This document shows positions 38,975 to 48,866 of a DNA stretch of 64,000 bases, in pieces (positions within the stretch are counted from its first letter, which is position 1; each line of letters begins with the position of its first letter). The notes beneath the pieces were generated by a model, which ran no database searches, was not told the origin of the DNA, and saw only the letters and a program-made list of their open reading frames with translations. The DNA is from Acidobacteriota bacterium (GTDB lineage Bacteria > Acidobacteriota > UBA6911 > RPQK01 > JAJDTT01), in NCBI GenBank assembly GCA_965209055.1, contig OZ242374.1, positions 4,768,001 to 4,832,000 on the forward strand. The letters run 5' to 3'. Both the position numbers and the translations under genes were made by a program.

Positions 38975-40435
38975 GTGAATTTTAATCTAACGCTTCATCC
39001 GCAGTGGACGCGGCGGCATTTCTTCTCCCGTACTACCCTCGGTGTGGGAACGGCGGCGCTGGCCACCCTGCTCCGCCCAGGACTGGCGGCCGGCTCCGGG
39101 GACACCGGCTCGGGGCAACGGGGACTGCCCGGCCTGCCCCACTTCGCTCCCCGCGCCAAGCGCGCGATCTTTCTCTTCCAGTCGGGCGGACCCTCCCAGT
39201 TGGACCTCTTCGACTACAAACCGGGACTCCACGAGTTGAGAGGCACCGAGCTGCCCGCGTCCATCCGGATGGGACAGCGCATCACCGGAATGACGTCTCA
39301 GCAGGCTCAGCTCCCGGTGGTCCCCTCCCTTTTCCGGTTCGCCCAACACGGCCAATCCGGGACCTGGGTCAGCGAGCTGCTGCCTCACACGGCCCGAGTC
39401 GTGGATGACCTGCTGGTGGTGAAGACGGTCCATACCGAAGCCATCAACCATGATCCGGCCATGACCTTCATTCAGACCGGGAGCCAGCAGCCGGGCCGGC
39501 CCAGCATGGGCGCCTGGCTGAGCTACGGACTGGGCAGCGAGAACGAAAGCCTGCCCAGTTTCGTGGTCCTGGTCTCCAAGGGGGAGAACCGGGCCATGCA
39601 GCCCATCATGTCCCGGATGTGGGGAAGCGCTTTCCTCCCCTCCAGCCACCAGGGCGTCAAGTTTCGGGGCGGCGGCGATCCGGTGCTCTATCTCTCCAAC
39701 CCTCCGGGGATCAACCCGGCAACCCGGCGCCGGATGATGGACGGTATCGGAGAGCTGAACCGAATCCGGATGGATTCCCTGGGCGATCCCGAGATCGCCG
39801 CCCGGATCTCCCAGTACGAAATGGCCTTTCGGATGCAGGCCTCGGTCCCCGAGTTGACCGACCTTTCCCAGGAACCGGAGCGCACCTTCGATCTCTACGG
39901 TCCCGACTCCCGGACACCCGGGACCTATGCCGCCAACTGCCTGCTGGCCCGCCGCCTCAGCGAGAAGGGGGTGAGCTTCGTGCAACTCTTCCACCGGGGA
40001 TGGGATCAGCATCTCGACCTCCCCAGCGCCATCCGGGAGCAGTGCGCCGCCACCGATCAGGCCAGCGCCGCGCTGGTCACGGACCTGAAGCAACGGGGAC
40101 TGCTGGAGGAGACCCTGGTGATCTGGGGCGGCGAGTTCGGAAGGACGGTCTACTGCCAAGGCCAGCTCACCGAGGACAACTACGGCCGCGACCATCACCC
40201 CCGGTGCTTCACCATGTGGATGGCCGGCGGCGGCATGAAGGCCGGCGCCGTCTACGGGGAGACCGACGACTTCGGCTACAACGTGGCCCGGGACCCGGTG
40301 CACGTCCACGACTTCCAGGCCACCGTTCTCCATGCATTGGGCATCGACCACACCCGGCTCACCTTCAAGTTCCAGGGCCGGCACCACCGGCTGACCGACA
40401 TTCACGGAAGGGTGGTGGAGGACTTCCTGGCCTGA
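38975..40435 (+). CDS. DUF1501 domain protein (Tat-exported)
   Basis: TRRHFF Tat motif, [54 protein letters not shown]. Confidence 0.92.
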   Translation: MNFNLTLHPQWTRRHFFSRTTLGVGTAALATLLRPGLAAGSGDTGSGQRGLPGLPHFAPRAKRAIFLFQSGGPSQLDLFDYKPGLHELRGTELPASIRMGQRITGMTSQQAQLPVVPSLFRFAQHGQSGTWVSELLPHTARVVDDLLVVKTVHTEAINHDPAMTFIQTGSQQPGRPSMGAWLSYGLGSENESLPSFVVLVSKGENRAMQPIMSRMWGSAFLPSSHQGVKFRGGGDPVLYLSNPPGINPATRRRMMDGIGELNRIRMDSLGDPEIAARISQYEMAFRMQASVPELTDLSQEPERTFDLYGPDSRTPGTYAANCLLARRLSEKGVSFVQLFHRGWDQHLDLPSAIREQCAATDQASAALVTDLKQRGLLEETLVIWGGEFGRTVYCQGQLTEDNYGRDHHPRCFTMWMAGGGMKAGAVYGETDDFGYNVARDPVHVHDFQATVLHALGIDHTRLTFKFQGRHHRLTDIHGRVVEDFLA

Positions 40436-40499
40436 ATCAGGCGACGAGCCCGGGTGAGCAGGGTCCCCCTGCCGGCAGCTCGCCGGCTTCCCGGTTTGC

Positions 40500-41621
40500 C
40501 TACGAACGCGGCCGACCCGACGCCGTGTAGTCCCCGGGTCGCCACGTGGCCACGCGCATCTCGTAGTGGAAGTCTTCCGAGACCTGCGTGTAGTAGGCGG
40601 TGACGGCGCGGCCGTCGGAGAGCTGGACTGTGCTGGGATACCCGCAGTCGCGCCGGGGACAATCCGCGACGCGAATGGGCGGGCTCCAGGTCTTTCCGTG
40701 GTCCTCGCTGAGCCGGACGTCCACGCCGAAGTTGTTCCAACAGCGGTTCCCGTAGCTGAGGAGAACGCGTCCGTCTGAGAGAACGGCCAGGTTGCCCGTC
40801 ACCTGCATGGGCAGACTCAGCGGCATCTCTCGCTGCCAGGTGCGCGCGTCGTCGCTGGAGACGAACAGTTCCAAATGAACGTCGCGGCTCTCCTTGAATT
40901 CTCGTGACGCGGCCAACCAGCGCCCTCCCCCCAGATGCATAATGTCAGTCTCGTTCCCCACGGGATTCAAGGGCACGTGTTCGCCCCAGGACCAACCGTC
41001 GTCGCGGCTGCGAAGCAGGTAGGACTCACGCAGGTTGTCCCGCCGGAGGTAGACCGCCGCGCACAGAGATCCGTCGTCCGCGATGCGAATATTGCCGAAC
41101 GGGATGAACTCATTGTCCCGGCCGGCCGGCGAGTCCGGTGGTGCGGGAAAGTCGCGGCTCACCTCCCAGGTCCGGCCTCCGTCGGAGGAGCGGCAAACCC
41201 AGGCTCGAACGACTCGCCGGTGAGGCCCGCTGAGGACTCCCTGGGGTGCCCGGTCCGCCCATCCGCTGCAAAGAACGACCAGATCGCCGTTGGCGGCGAA
41301 CCCGGCGGCGCAGTTCATCCGGGCCGTGGTCGGCTCATGCTCGGCAGGCCGGCTGCGAAAGCGCCAGGTGCGGCCGTCATCCTCGCTGGCCCAACAGTCC
41401 AGGTCCCCCTCCCAGAGCCCATGGCAGGGCTGGTTGTAGATGAAAGCCACCAGGGTTCCGTCTTCCAGCCGCTTCAGGTTGGGCCAGGCGCAGACCTTCT
41501 GGATAGCCGTCCGCACTCGACTGACGGACGGTCCCCCGTCGGTATGTGCGGAAAGGCGAGGAGTCAGCGCCGGCAGGACCAGAGAAGCCGCACCGGCTTG
41601 AAGCGCTTCCCGTCGATTCAT
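40500..41621 (-). CDS. Sialidase-like BNR/Asp-box beta-propeller protein (Tat-exported)
   Basis: MNRREAL Tat motif; five Asp-boxes (SEDDGRTW, SSDGGRTW, SRDDGWSW, SSDDARTW, SEDHGKTW); DCGYPS. Confidence 0.85.
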   Translation of the reverse strand: MNRREALQAGAASLVLPALTPRLSAHTDGGPSVSRVRTAIQKVCAWPNLKRLEDGTLVAFIYNQPCHGLWEGDLDCWASEDDGRTWRFRSRPAEHEPTTARMNCAAGFAANGDLVVLCSGWADRAPQGVLSGPHRRVVRAWVCRSSDGGRTWEVSRDFPAPPDSPAGRDNEFIPFGNIRIADDGSLCAAVYLRRDNLRESYLLRSRDDGWSWGEHVPLNPVGNETDIMHLGGGRWLAASREFKESRDVHLELFVSSDDARTWQREMPLSLPMQVTGNLAVLSDGRVLLSYGNRCWNNFGVDVRLSEDHGKTWSPPIRVADCPRRDCGYPSTVQLSDGRAVTAYYTQVSEDFHYEMRVATWRPGDYTASGRPRS

Positions 41622-41772
41622 GGAGTCCTCTCCCGATTGGATTACGTACCGTTGTGGAACGCGTCAGTATAGCAGTCATCGGAGATCGCCTTACTTCACG
41701 GCCAGCCCGGGGCAGCCACGGGAAAAAGGTGTGCGCCCGGACATGGGGTAGGTCTACAGGATTCCACGAGAC

Positions 41773-41796
41773 ATGACTTCGCAACGAAGTCATAAT
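41773..41796 (+). promoter_or_regulatory. Inverted-repeat operator overlapping a putative -10 box upstream of the aldolase
   Basis: ATGACTTCG-CAA-CGAAGTCAT (perfect 9-bp arms) running into CATAAT. Confidence 0.5.
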
Positions 41797-41849
41797 CCGT
41801 CTGAACCGAACACGACCGGGACGACGGTGAGACCAACTTCGGAGGACCC

Positions 41850-42692
41850 ATGCCCCAACATCGGACGACCAGCATCGGAGTCGACAACCCCTGGTACCCG
41901 GAGGGAGGGCCCGGGCGGCATCTCAAAGCCCGGCTCAAGCGGGGTGAGGTGCTGATCGGCCCCATGCTGGAGGCGTATGCCCATCCGTCCCTCATCAAGC
42001 TGTTCCGGCACGCGGGATTCGACTTCGTCTACATCGAGTACGAGCACAGCCTCTTCGACCTGCAGGACCTGGCCGACACCATCCTGGCCGCCCGCGACAA
42101 CGGTCTGCCCCCCATCGCCAAGACGCCCCAACTGGAGCGGCAGGAGGTCTCGAAGCTGCTGGAGGCGGGAGTGGTGGGCATCCAGTTGCCCCGGACCGAG
42201 ACCCGGGAGCAGGTTCAAAGGCTGCTGAGCTATCTGAAGTTTCCACCGGCGGGAACCAGGGCCGTGGCGCCGGGATGGGGCAACAGCGACTACCGGGAAG
42301 TCACCGACTGGCAGGGCTGGATGGACGAGCAGGACCAGGAGACCACGGTGGTGGTGCACCTGGAAACGGTGCGCGGGTACGAGAACGCGGAAGAGATCCT
42401 GAGCCTGCCCGGGGTCGACATGTGCTATGTGGGCCCGGGAGACACCTCCATCGAGTTCGGACATCCAGGCGACTACGACCATCCCGCCGTGCGGGGCCCC
42501 ATGGAGGAGGTTCTGGCGCTCTGCAAGAAGTATGGCGTGGCCTTCGGCACAACGCCCTCCGGCGGAGCCGCCGCGGGCGAATGGGCCCGCAAGGGGGCTA
42601 CGTTCTTCGAAGCGGAGTCGGAGTTGGGGTTCATCCGGACCGGAGCCGCCGCGCTACTGGACGACTACCGGGCGAACATCGGATCGGGATAA
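41850..42692 (+). CDS. HpcH/HpaI aldolase family protein
   Basis: AGFDFVYIEYEHS, FPPAGTR, HLET..G..NAEEILSLPGVD..YVGPGD. Confidence 0.9.
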   Translation: MPQHRTTSIGVDNPWYPEGGPGRHLKARLKRGEVLIGPMLEAYAHPSLIKLFRHAGFDFVYIEYEHSLFDLQDLADTILAARDNGLPPIAKTPQLERQEVSKLLEAGVVGIQLPRTETREQVQRLLSYLKFPPAGTRAVAPGWGNSDYREVTDWQGWMDEQDQETTVVVHLETVRGYENAEEILSLPGVDMCYVGPGDTSIEFGHPGDYDHPAVRGPMEEVLALCKKYGVAFGTTPSGGAAAGEWARKGATFFEAESELGFIRTGAAALLDDYRANIGSG

Positions 42693-42696
42693 GAAT

Positions 42697-42722
42697 GGGG
42701 GACAGGAATGTCCCCCCTCCTA
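42697..42722. repeat. REP-like hairpin between the convergent aldolase and msrA genes
   Basis: GGGGGACA-GGAA-TGTCCCCC-CTCCTA, near-identical to 38873-38897; its last three bases are the msrA stop. Confidence 0.65.
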
Positions 42723-43376
42723 CACGCGCTCCACGGCGGCGGGACAGCGGACCCCCGTTCCTCCCAGACCGCAGTAGCCGGCAGGGTTCTTGGCCAGGTA
42801 CTGCTGGTGGTAGTCCTCGGCGTAGTAGAAATCGGGAGCCGGCAGGATCTCGGTGGTGACGGGACCGTATCCGGCGGCGGTCAGTTCCTGCTGGAAGGCG
42901 TCCCTCGAGGCCGCGGCCAAGTCATTCTGACGATCCGAACCGGTGTAGATTCCGGAACGGTACTGGGTCCCCATGTCGTTGCCCTGGCGCATGCCCTGGG
43001 TCGGATCGTGGTTTTCCCAGAAGATGCGGAGCATCTCTCCAAAGCCGGTCCGCGCGGGGTCGAAGACGACCCGGACCACCTCGTTGTGACCGGTCAGTCC
43101 GCTGCACACCTCCTGGTAGGTGGGGTTGGGCGTAAAGCCCCCCGCATAGCCCACGGAGGTGGAAAATACCCCTGCAGCTTCCCAGAACTTCCGCTCCGCG
43201 CCCCAGAAGCACCCCAGTCCGAAGAGAGCCGTTTCCATCCTGCGCGGGAACGGAGGGAGCAGGGGCGTGTCCAAGACAAAATGCCGGGCGGGAACCGGCA
43301 TGGAAGCATTCCGGCCGGGGAGCGCATCCTCCGGTTTCGGCATTCTGAGCTTGCTGGAAAAGTCCCAAAAGACCAT
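42720..43376 (-). CDS. msrA: Peptide-methionine (S)-S-oxide reductase
   Basis: [56 protein letters not shown]. Confidence 0.97.
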   Translation of the reverse strand: MVFWDFSSKLRMPKPEDALPGRNASMPVPARHFVLDTPLLPPFPRRMETALFGLGCFWGAERKFWEAAGVFSTSVGYAGGFTPNPTYQEVCSGLTGHNEVVRVVFDPARTGFGEMLRIFWENHDPTQGMRQGNDMGTQYRSGIYTGSDRQNDLAAASRDAFQQELTAAGYGPVTTEILPAPDFYYAEDYHQQYLAKNPAGYCGLGGTGVRCPAAVERV

Positions 43377-43437
43377 ATTCTCTCCCGCCTGCCGCCGTGC
43401 CTAACCGGCACCGGCGATGCAGTCTCCAACCCTCCGC

Positions 43438-45783
43438 CTATTCTTCGGACCGCCGCAGGAAAACGTCGCTCGTCGCGATCGCCGTGACCGCGGCGGAGAT
43501 CCGGTAGTCACTCTCTTCCAGCGCGCGGCGGGCCGACAGCACGGCATAGAAGTCGCCGGACTGGAGCTCCCGCGTCAAGGCGTATACGACCAGGTTCTCG
43601 GCGAAGTTCCGGACGAAGGTCCGCCTCCGATGTTCCTGGAGCAGGTACTGCTTCAGATCCTTCAATCCGCGAACGACGGTGCCGTCGGGCAACGGGTCCG
43701 GGTCTTCCACCGGTTCCCGGCTGCGGCGTCCGATGGCATCGAACTCCTCCAGCGCCAACCCCAGTGGATCGATACGGTTGTGACATCCGGCGCAGCGCGT
43801 GTCCTGCCGGTGGGCCGCCATCACTTCGCGCAAGCTCATCTCGGCCGCGTTCCCGTTTTGCGAGTCCTCCAGCTTGCCCGTCTCCACCGGAGGCGGCAGC
43901 GTGGGTGTCCCCAGGACCTCGTCCAGAATGTAGGCGCCGCGCTCGATGGCGCTCCGGCGATTCGGGTGGGAGGTGAGGCTCAGGATGCCCGCCATGCCCA
44001 GCAGGCCGCCGCGGCCGTCGCTCTCGGACAACGAGACCTTCCGGAAAGAGTCCCCTTCGATCCCCTTCATGCCGTAGAAATCGGCGAGCTCGGCGTTGAC
44101 GAAGGTGAAATCGGAGTCCAGGAGATTCAGGATGCTCAGGTCCTGCCGAATGATCTCTTCGACGAAACTCCGAATCTCCCCGTACATGGAAGCCTGAAGG
44201 GTCTCGGAGAAGCGGGGGAACTCCTCCCGAGAGACGTCCAGGTGGTCCTTCACCTTGTTGAACTTGAGCCACTGGCCCGCGAACTGGGTGGCCAGAGCCG
44301 CCGCCCGGGGATCGCGCAGCATGCGCTTCACCTGCGTCTCGAGGACCTGGCTGTCGTGAAGCCGTTCCTCCAACGCCAGCCGGATCAACTCCCAGTCGGG
44401 CGGACCCGACCAGAGGAAGTAGGACAAGCGCGACGCCACCGCATGATGGAGCAGAGGCCCGGTGGCCTTCGACGGCTTTCGTTTCTTGTCGCTCCAGTTG
44501 ATGATCTTCCTCTCCCAACCGTGCACTTCGGCCAGATAGACGAACTGGGGAGAGGACAGTATCCCCTGAATCCCCTTCCTCACAGCCGCCTGGCGGTCCA
44601 TCCCTTCACCGATCCGGCCGTCCAGAAAAGCCGTCAGACGCCTGGCTTCGTCCTCTCGCAGCGGCCGGCGCCAAGCGCGCTCGGCGAAGGCCAGCAGGTG
44701 GTGGAGGGCCCGGATCCGCCATTCGTCCGCGGGAAGCGGCTCCAGCGTTTCGGAAGCAGCCGGCGGCCCGAATCGGATGCCCTGGTCCGGGTCCAGAACG
44801 GCGTGGGACGCGATCCTGTCCGCCGCCTTCATGTAACGCGCCAGCTTGGTGGGTGACAACTGCATCTCGTGACCCCGATTGGCGAAACCGCCATCGCTGG
44901 CCACGCCCCCCGGCTGAGTGAGCCGGCTCAGGTCCAGGTCGAGCCCCGTCAGGTCGCGAACCGTGTTGTCGTACTCGAAGGGAGTCAACTGCCGCAGGCG
45001 GGCATTGCTGGGCCGGGAAGATTCGGGGGTCACCCGCTCTTCCAAAGCCCGCTCGTACCAGATGGCGAACAGTTCCCGCTCCTGTTCCGACGGCTGGTGC
45101 TTCTGGGCGGGATGAGGCATGGAGCCGGTGGTGAGGGCCCGCGCCACGCCGCCCCAGGTCTTGTGCCACTTCCGCAGTTCGTCGTCGAACCGTTGTTCGA
45201 CGCTTTCCTGCAGGTCGAGCCCCCCTTCCCGCGTCGCATTGTCGTGACAGCCGTAGCAGTAGTGCTTCAGGAAGGGGTGGATGTGCTCGGCAAACTTCAA
45301 CTCCGATGCGGGTCCCTGAAGCTCGGCATAGGGAATTTCCGGCTCGGAGGCTTTCTCCGCCGATAGGTCCGCCGGTTCCGGCCAGGAGGACGCCCGGTCG
45401 ATCCAGTCGGCCAGCATGGCAATCTGCTCAGCCGTGGGCCGGGGAAGGCCTTGGGGAGGCATGGTCTCGGGATGGTCCGGAGGCAGGCTGAGACGCCGGA
45501 TCAGACGGCTCCCGGCTGAATTTCCGGCAACCATCACCCGGCCGCTGTCGCTGCCCCGGAGGGCGTTCTCGAACCGGTCCAGGCGCAGCCCGCCTTGCGG
45601 ATTATTCTCGCCGTGGCAGCTCTGGCAGTAACGGCTGAAGAGGCTGTGGATCTTGGCGTCCCAATCCCCCGGCGGCGGAGCCTGCCGGCCCAGCGCGGCC
45701 GGTCCCGCCACGCCCATGAGCAGAACCCACAGGATTCCGAGGATTCGGATGCGGGATGAGCAACGTCCGGAGACGGACGTCAT
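43438..45783 (-). CDS. DUF1592/DUF1588-type (planctomycete-like) protein with cytochrome c domains
   Basis: Signal peptide; CQSCH, CYGCH and CAGCH motifs; LRQLTPFEYDNTVRDL, ASRLSYFLWSGPPD, FAGQWL, LEEFDAIGR. Confidence 0.88.
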   Translation of the reverse strand: MTSVSGRCSSRIRILGILWVLLMGVAGPAALGRQAPPPGDWDAKIHSLFSRYCQSCHGENNPQGGLRLDRFENALRGSDSGRVMVAGNSAGSRLIRRLSLPPDHPETMPPQGLPRPTAEQIAMLADWIDRASSWPEPADLSAEKASEPEIPYAELQGPASELKFAEHIHPFLKHYCYGCHDNATREGGLDLQESVEQRFDDELRKWHKTWGGVARALTTGSMPHPAQKHQPSEQERELFAIWYERALEERVTPESSRPSNARLRQLTPFEYDNTVRDLTGLDLDLSRLTQPGGVASDGGFANRGHEMQLSPTKLARYMKAADRIASHAVLDPDQGIRFGPPAASETLEPLPADEWRIRALHHLLAFAERAWRRPLREDEARRLTAFLDGRIGEGMDRQAAVRKGIQGILSSPQFVYLAEVHGWERKIINWSDKKRKPSKATGPLLHHAVASRLSYFLWSGPPDWELIRLALEERLHDSQVLETQVKRMLRDPRAAALATQFAGQWLKFNKVKDHLDVSREEFPRFSETLQASMYGEIRSFVEEIIRQDLSILNLLDSDFTFVNAELADFYGMKGIEGDSFRKVSLSESDGRGGLLGMAGILSLTSHPNRRSAIERGAYILDEVLGTPTLPPPVETGKLEDSQNGNAAEMSLREVMAAHRQDTRCAGCHNRIDPLGLALEEFDAIGRRSREPVEDPDPLPDGTVVRGLKDLKQYLLQEHRRRTFVRNFAENLVVYALTRELQSGDFYAVLSARRALEESDYRISAAVTAIATSDVFLRRSEE

Positions 45784-45793
45784 GACGGCCTCC

Positions 45794-47137
45794 TCAACCG
45801 GAAAGCGTGGAACCGAGAGACTCGGTGGCTTCCTTGAACCGGTCCATGGGCGCTCCCATGTTCTCGGCCAGCGACAGGAAGAGTCCGGACATGGATCCGC
45901 CCTGGAAATCGATGGCTCGGCCGGTCTTGATCCGGCCGCCCGCGCTGCCGCCCAACAGGATCGGATACTGTTCGCAGGTGTGGCGGTTCCCGTCCCACAT
46001 GCCGGAGCCGATCATGACCATGGAATGATCCAGCAGGGTTCCCTCCCCTTCCCTCACCTCGTCCATCTTTTGGAGCAGATAGGTGTACTCGGAGACATGC
46101 CAGCGGTTGATGAGGTGGTACTGGTGCAGAGAGCTGGGGGTCTCCTTGTGGTGGCTCAGGGCGTGCCATTCCCCCCGCACTCCGGGAATGAAGCTGAAGT
46201 CGCTGTACTTGGGTCCGTAGCTGTCGAACATGAAGCTCACGACCCGAGTCTTGTCCATCCGCAGCGCCAGCACGATCAGGTCCAGCATGAGCCGGGTGTG
46301 CTCACGGAAGTTCTCCGGCTGATAGAGGGCGAAGTCGGGCGTCTCCCCCGCCCCCCGGGGATCTTCCGGATGAAAGCGGCGGGAGATGGAGCCGGCTTCC
46401 GACTGCTGCTGTCGCTGCCAATCGGCCTTGTCCCGGTCGAGGCGGGCGATGCGCTGCTCCAACTCCCGAATGCCCTGGAAGTACTCCGACAGGGTCTGGC
46501 TGTCCTGGGCGCTCAGACGCTGCTCCAGAGTCTTGGCCTGATCCAGGACCAGATCCAGAACGCTCCGGTCCCGCTTCAGCCACGACTTGTCGCCGAAGAG
46601 GGCGTCGAAGGTCATGGCCGGATCGATCTCCTTGGCCAAGGGCTTGTCGGCGCTCACCCAGGAAACGGCGGAGTCGTAGAACCCGCGGCGGTTTCTGGAG
46701 GGTGCGATGCCCAGCGCCATAGACGGAAACTCGGTCTGGTGCCCGATCCGTTTGGCGATGTGCTGATCGATGGAGATCCCGGCACGGCTGTGGTCCCGTC
46801 CGCCCGGCTCGCCGGTGTACAAGGAGGCCACCTTCCCGGCGTGTCCCCTCAGCTTCTTCAAGTGGGGATGGGAAAGATCCTGCAGGATGTTGACCTTGTG
46901 CTGGATCGGCCGGAGGGGCTCCAGGGTCGGCTTGAGGGCGAGGGTCGAACCCTCTCCGGAGGCGCCCCATTCATGTGTATTGACGCCCAGGGGAAAGAAA
47001 GTCGCCAGGAACCGGATTGGGACTCCGGCCGCAACGTCTCCCGCCGGCGCGGCCACCACGCCGGGAATCGACTCCAGCCACGGGAGAGCCAGGCCCACCC
47101 CGGCGGCCCTCAGAAATGATCGACGATTTTGCAACAT
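45794..47137 (-). CDS. DUF1552 domain protein (Tat-exported)
   Basis: NRRSFLRAAGVGLALPWLES, ISIDQHIA, SVLDLV, WHALSHH, EGEGTLLDHS, PILLGG. Confidence 0.9.
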   Translation of the reverse strand: MLQNRRSFLRAAGVGLALPWLESIPGVVAAPAGDVAAGVPIRFLATFFPLGVNTHEWGASGEGSTLALKPTLEPLRPIQHKVNILQDLSHPHLKKLRGHAGKVASLYTGEPGGRDHSRAGISIDQHIAKRIGHQTEFPSMALGIAPSRNRRGFYDSAVSWVSADKPLAKEIDPAMTFDALFGDKSWLKRDRSVLDLVLDQAKTLEQRLSAQDSQTLSEYFQGIRELEQRIARLDRDKADWQRQQQSEAGSISRRFHPEDPRGAGETPDFALYQPENFREHTRLMLDLIVLALRMDKTRVVSFMFDSYGPKYSDFSFIPGVRGEWHALSHHKETPSSLHQYHLINRWHVSEYTYLLQKMDEVREGEGTLLDHSMVMIGSGMWDGNRHTCEQYPILLGGSAGGRIKTGRAIDFQGGSMSGLFLSLAENMGAPMDRFKEATESLGSTLSG

Positions 47138-47242
47138 GGTCAATCCCCGGAGAAAACGTCCTTTGCCTTCACGCGGTCCGACGGATCACGTTACTCGGGC
47201 ACGAGCAGCGCCGTCGACACGATAACCGACAGTATACCCTTT

Positions 47243-47499
47243 GGGGATTATAAAGACTGGTTGACCCCAGCCTCTACAGTTCCGGCGGCACGCTCGGGCC
47301 AACGCCCCACGTTCTGCCGCCCACGGCAATATCCCCGGCCGTGTGTGTTTCGTTTCGGGACTGGCGGAACTGGCGAAGCAAAATCCATCTTCTCATCCGC
47401 CTTCATGCCCCAGGAACTGAATAGTGCCAATTACTCTGCGGACAGTATACCCCATGGGGGCGTCACTATCAGGGACGTCAAACTGTCTTTATAATCCCC
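47243..47499. mobile_element. 257-bp MITE / internally deleted IS with 23-bp TIRs and 8-bp target-site duplication
   Basis: Left TIR GGGGATTATAAAGACTGGTTGAC (47243-47265); right TIR reverse complement GGGGATTATAAAGACAGTTTGAC (47477-47499), 21/23 identical; TACCCTTT at 47235-47242 and 47500-47507. Confidence 0.9.
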
Positions 47500-47546
47500 T
47501 ACCCTTTCACTACGACCTTCGCCAGCGTCCCGCGGCCAGGCAACAG

Positions 47547-48464
47547 CTAATCGGGCACGGCCTCCGGCGGTAGATGCCGTTCCATCCAGGCCTTGAGGGG
47601 AACATCCTCGGGTCCGGGCGAGGTGTAACCCATGCCGCCGGTGCCGGCGCCCAGGAGCTGCCGGCGAATGGGGCCGCAGCGATCCATCAGGTGATCCACG
47701 GTCATGTCGTCCCGCGGCCTGAGCCAGCGGTAGCTGTAACCGTAGAACAGGACTTTCCGCGTCCAGTCCGAATCGTTGGGACTACCCGAGTGCCAGAGCC
47801 GCCGGTCGAAGAAGACCGCAGTCCCCGGCGGGACGCAGACGGTCAGGGCATCGGGCGGGTCGGAGACACCGTCGTCAGGCAGGGGCAATCGGTTGCGGCG
47901 GTGGCTTCCGGGCACGATGGTGAAGTTGCCGCAACCGGGTTGCGACGTGTCCGTGAGGAAGAAGCCGATCTTCAGCGAAACCCTGGGCCGCGGGTCACCT
48001 TCCAATTCCAGGTTCAGGCGGCCACTATCCTGGTGCCACTCCAGCCGTTTCTTCCCGGGCGGTCGAACCCTTCCGGGCGGGGTAATGATCATGTCGGTGT
48101 GGTAGAGCTGGATGTTCCAGCCGAGGATCCCCCACACCTTGGGAAACGTCAGGGGCCAATCCAGCAACCGGAGGAACAGGTCGTCGCGGCCGATGAAATC
48201 CAGGATATGGATCATCTCTCCGGCATCAATGCCGTTTGTCTGGCGATGCCGGCAATCGAGCCGGTCGACTACCGCCGCCAGATCGCCGACCAACGACGCC
48301 GGCAGGGCATCGGGAACGATGAAATAACCCTCCTGTTCGAACTTTCGTCGTTCCTTCGCGGTGAGGCGATAGTCGAGACAACTGGGTTCCACTCTGTCCA
48401 ACTCCCCGGCGACTCGCGCGCCCGTGGCACATCGAAGGAAATGACTCTCGTGCCGGACATCCAT
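47547..48464 (-). CDS. Phytanoyl-CoA dioxygenase (PhyH) family protein
   Basis: FEQEGYFIV, WHQD, IVPGSH, FFDRRLWHS..PN, RKVLFYGY. Confidence 0.9.
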   Translation of the reverse strand: MDVRHESHFLRCATGARVAGELDRVEPSCLDYRLTAKERRKFEQEGYFIVPDALPASLVGDLAAVVDRLDCRHRQTNGIDAGEMIHILDFIGRDDLFLRLLDWPLTFPKVWGILGWNIQLYHTDMIITPPGRVRPPGKKRLEWHQDSGRLNLELEGDPRPRVSLKIGFFLTDTSQPGCGNFTIVPGSHRRNRLPLPDDGVSDPPDALTVCVPPGTAVFFDRRLWHSGSPNDSDWTRKVLFYGYSYRWLRPRDDMTVDHLMDRCGPIRRQLLGAGTGGMGYTSPGPEDVPLKAWMERHLPPEAVPD

Positions 48465-48866
48465 TCGATATCAGAACCAGACACGGCAGACAAGCGCCGC
48501 AGATTCCGTTTGGCTTCAGACTCGATGCGGGTATGAGTCGGCCGGGGTAGCTGCTATGATGTGGCTCGAAATCACCAAAGACTTCATTGTGGGCGTTGCG
48601 CCGGGCACCTAGCGCCAGGAACTGATGGTGATCGGAAAGTCTGAATCGCCGTTTGGGGAAGCGATCGGCCGTTTCCAACGAATCGGTGGATTCTTCCCAA
48701 GACAGGTTCATGCCCTGCCAGCAATGGTTCACCTTTCCTCGCACGACTCCCAACGGCTTGGGGATGGTCATTTCCCAACGCTCGCCCGCTACCCAAAACC
48801 GTGCGATCCACGGACAGGCAATGCAACCTGCCACTCTATCCAATTCAAATCCGAAAGGAGAAAACC

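Noticed and set aside
47231-47250. CsoR-like TATACCC-N-GGGG operator
   Set aside because: The GGGG half comes from the MITE end, and there are no copper genes nearby
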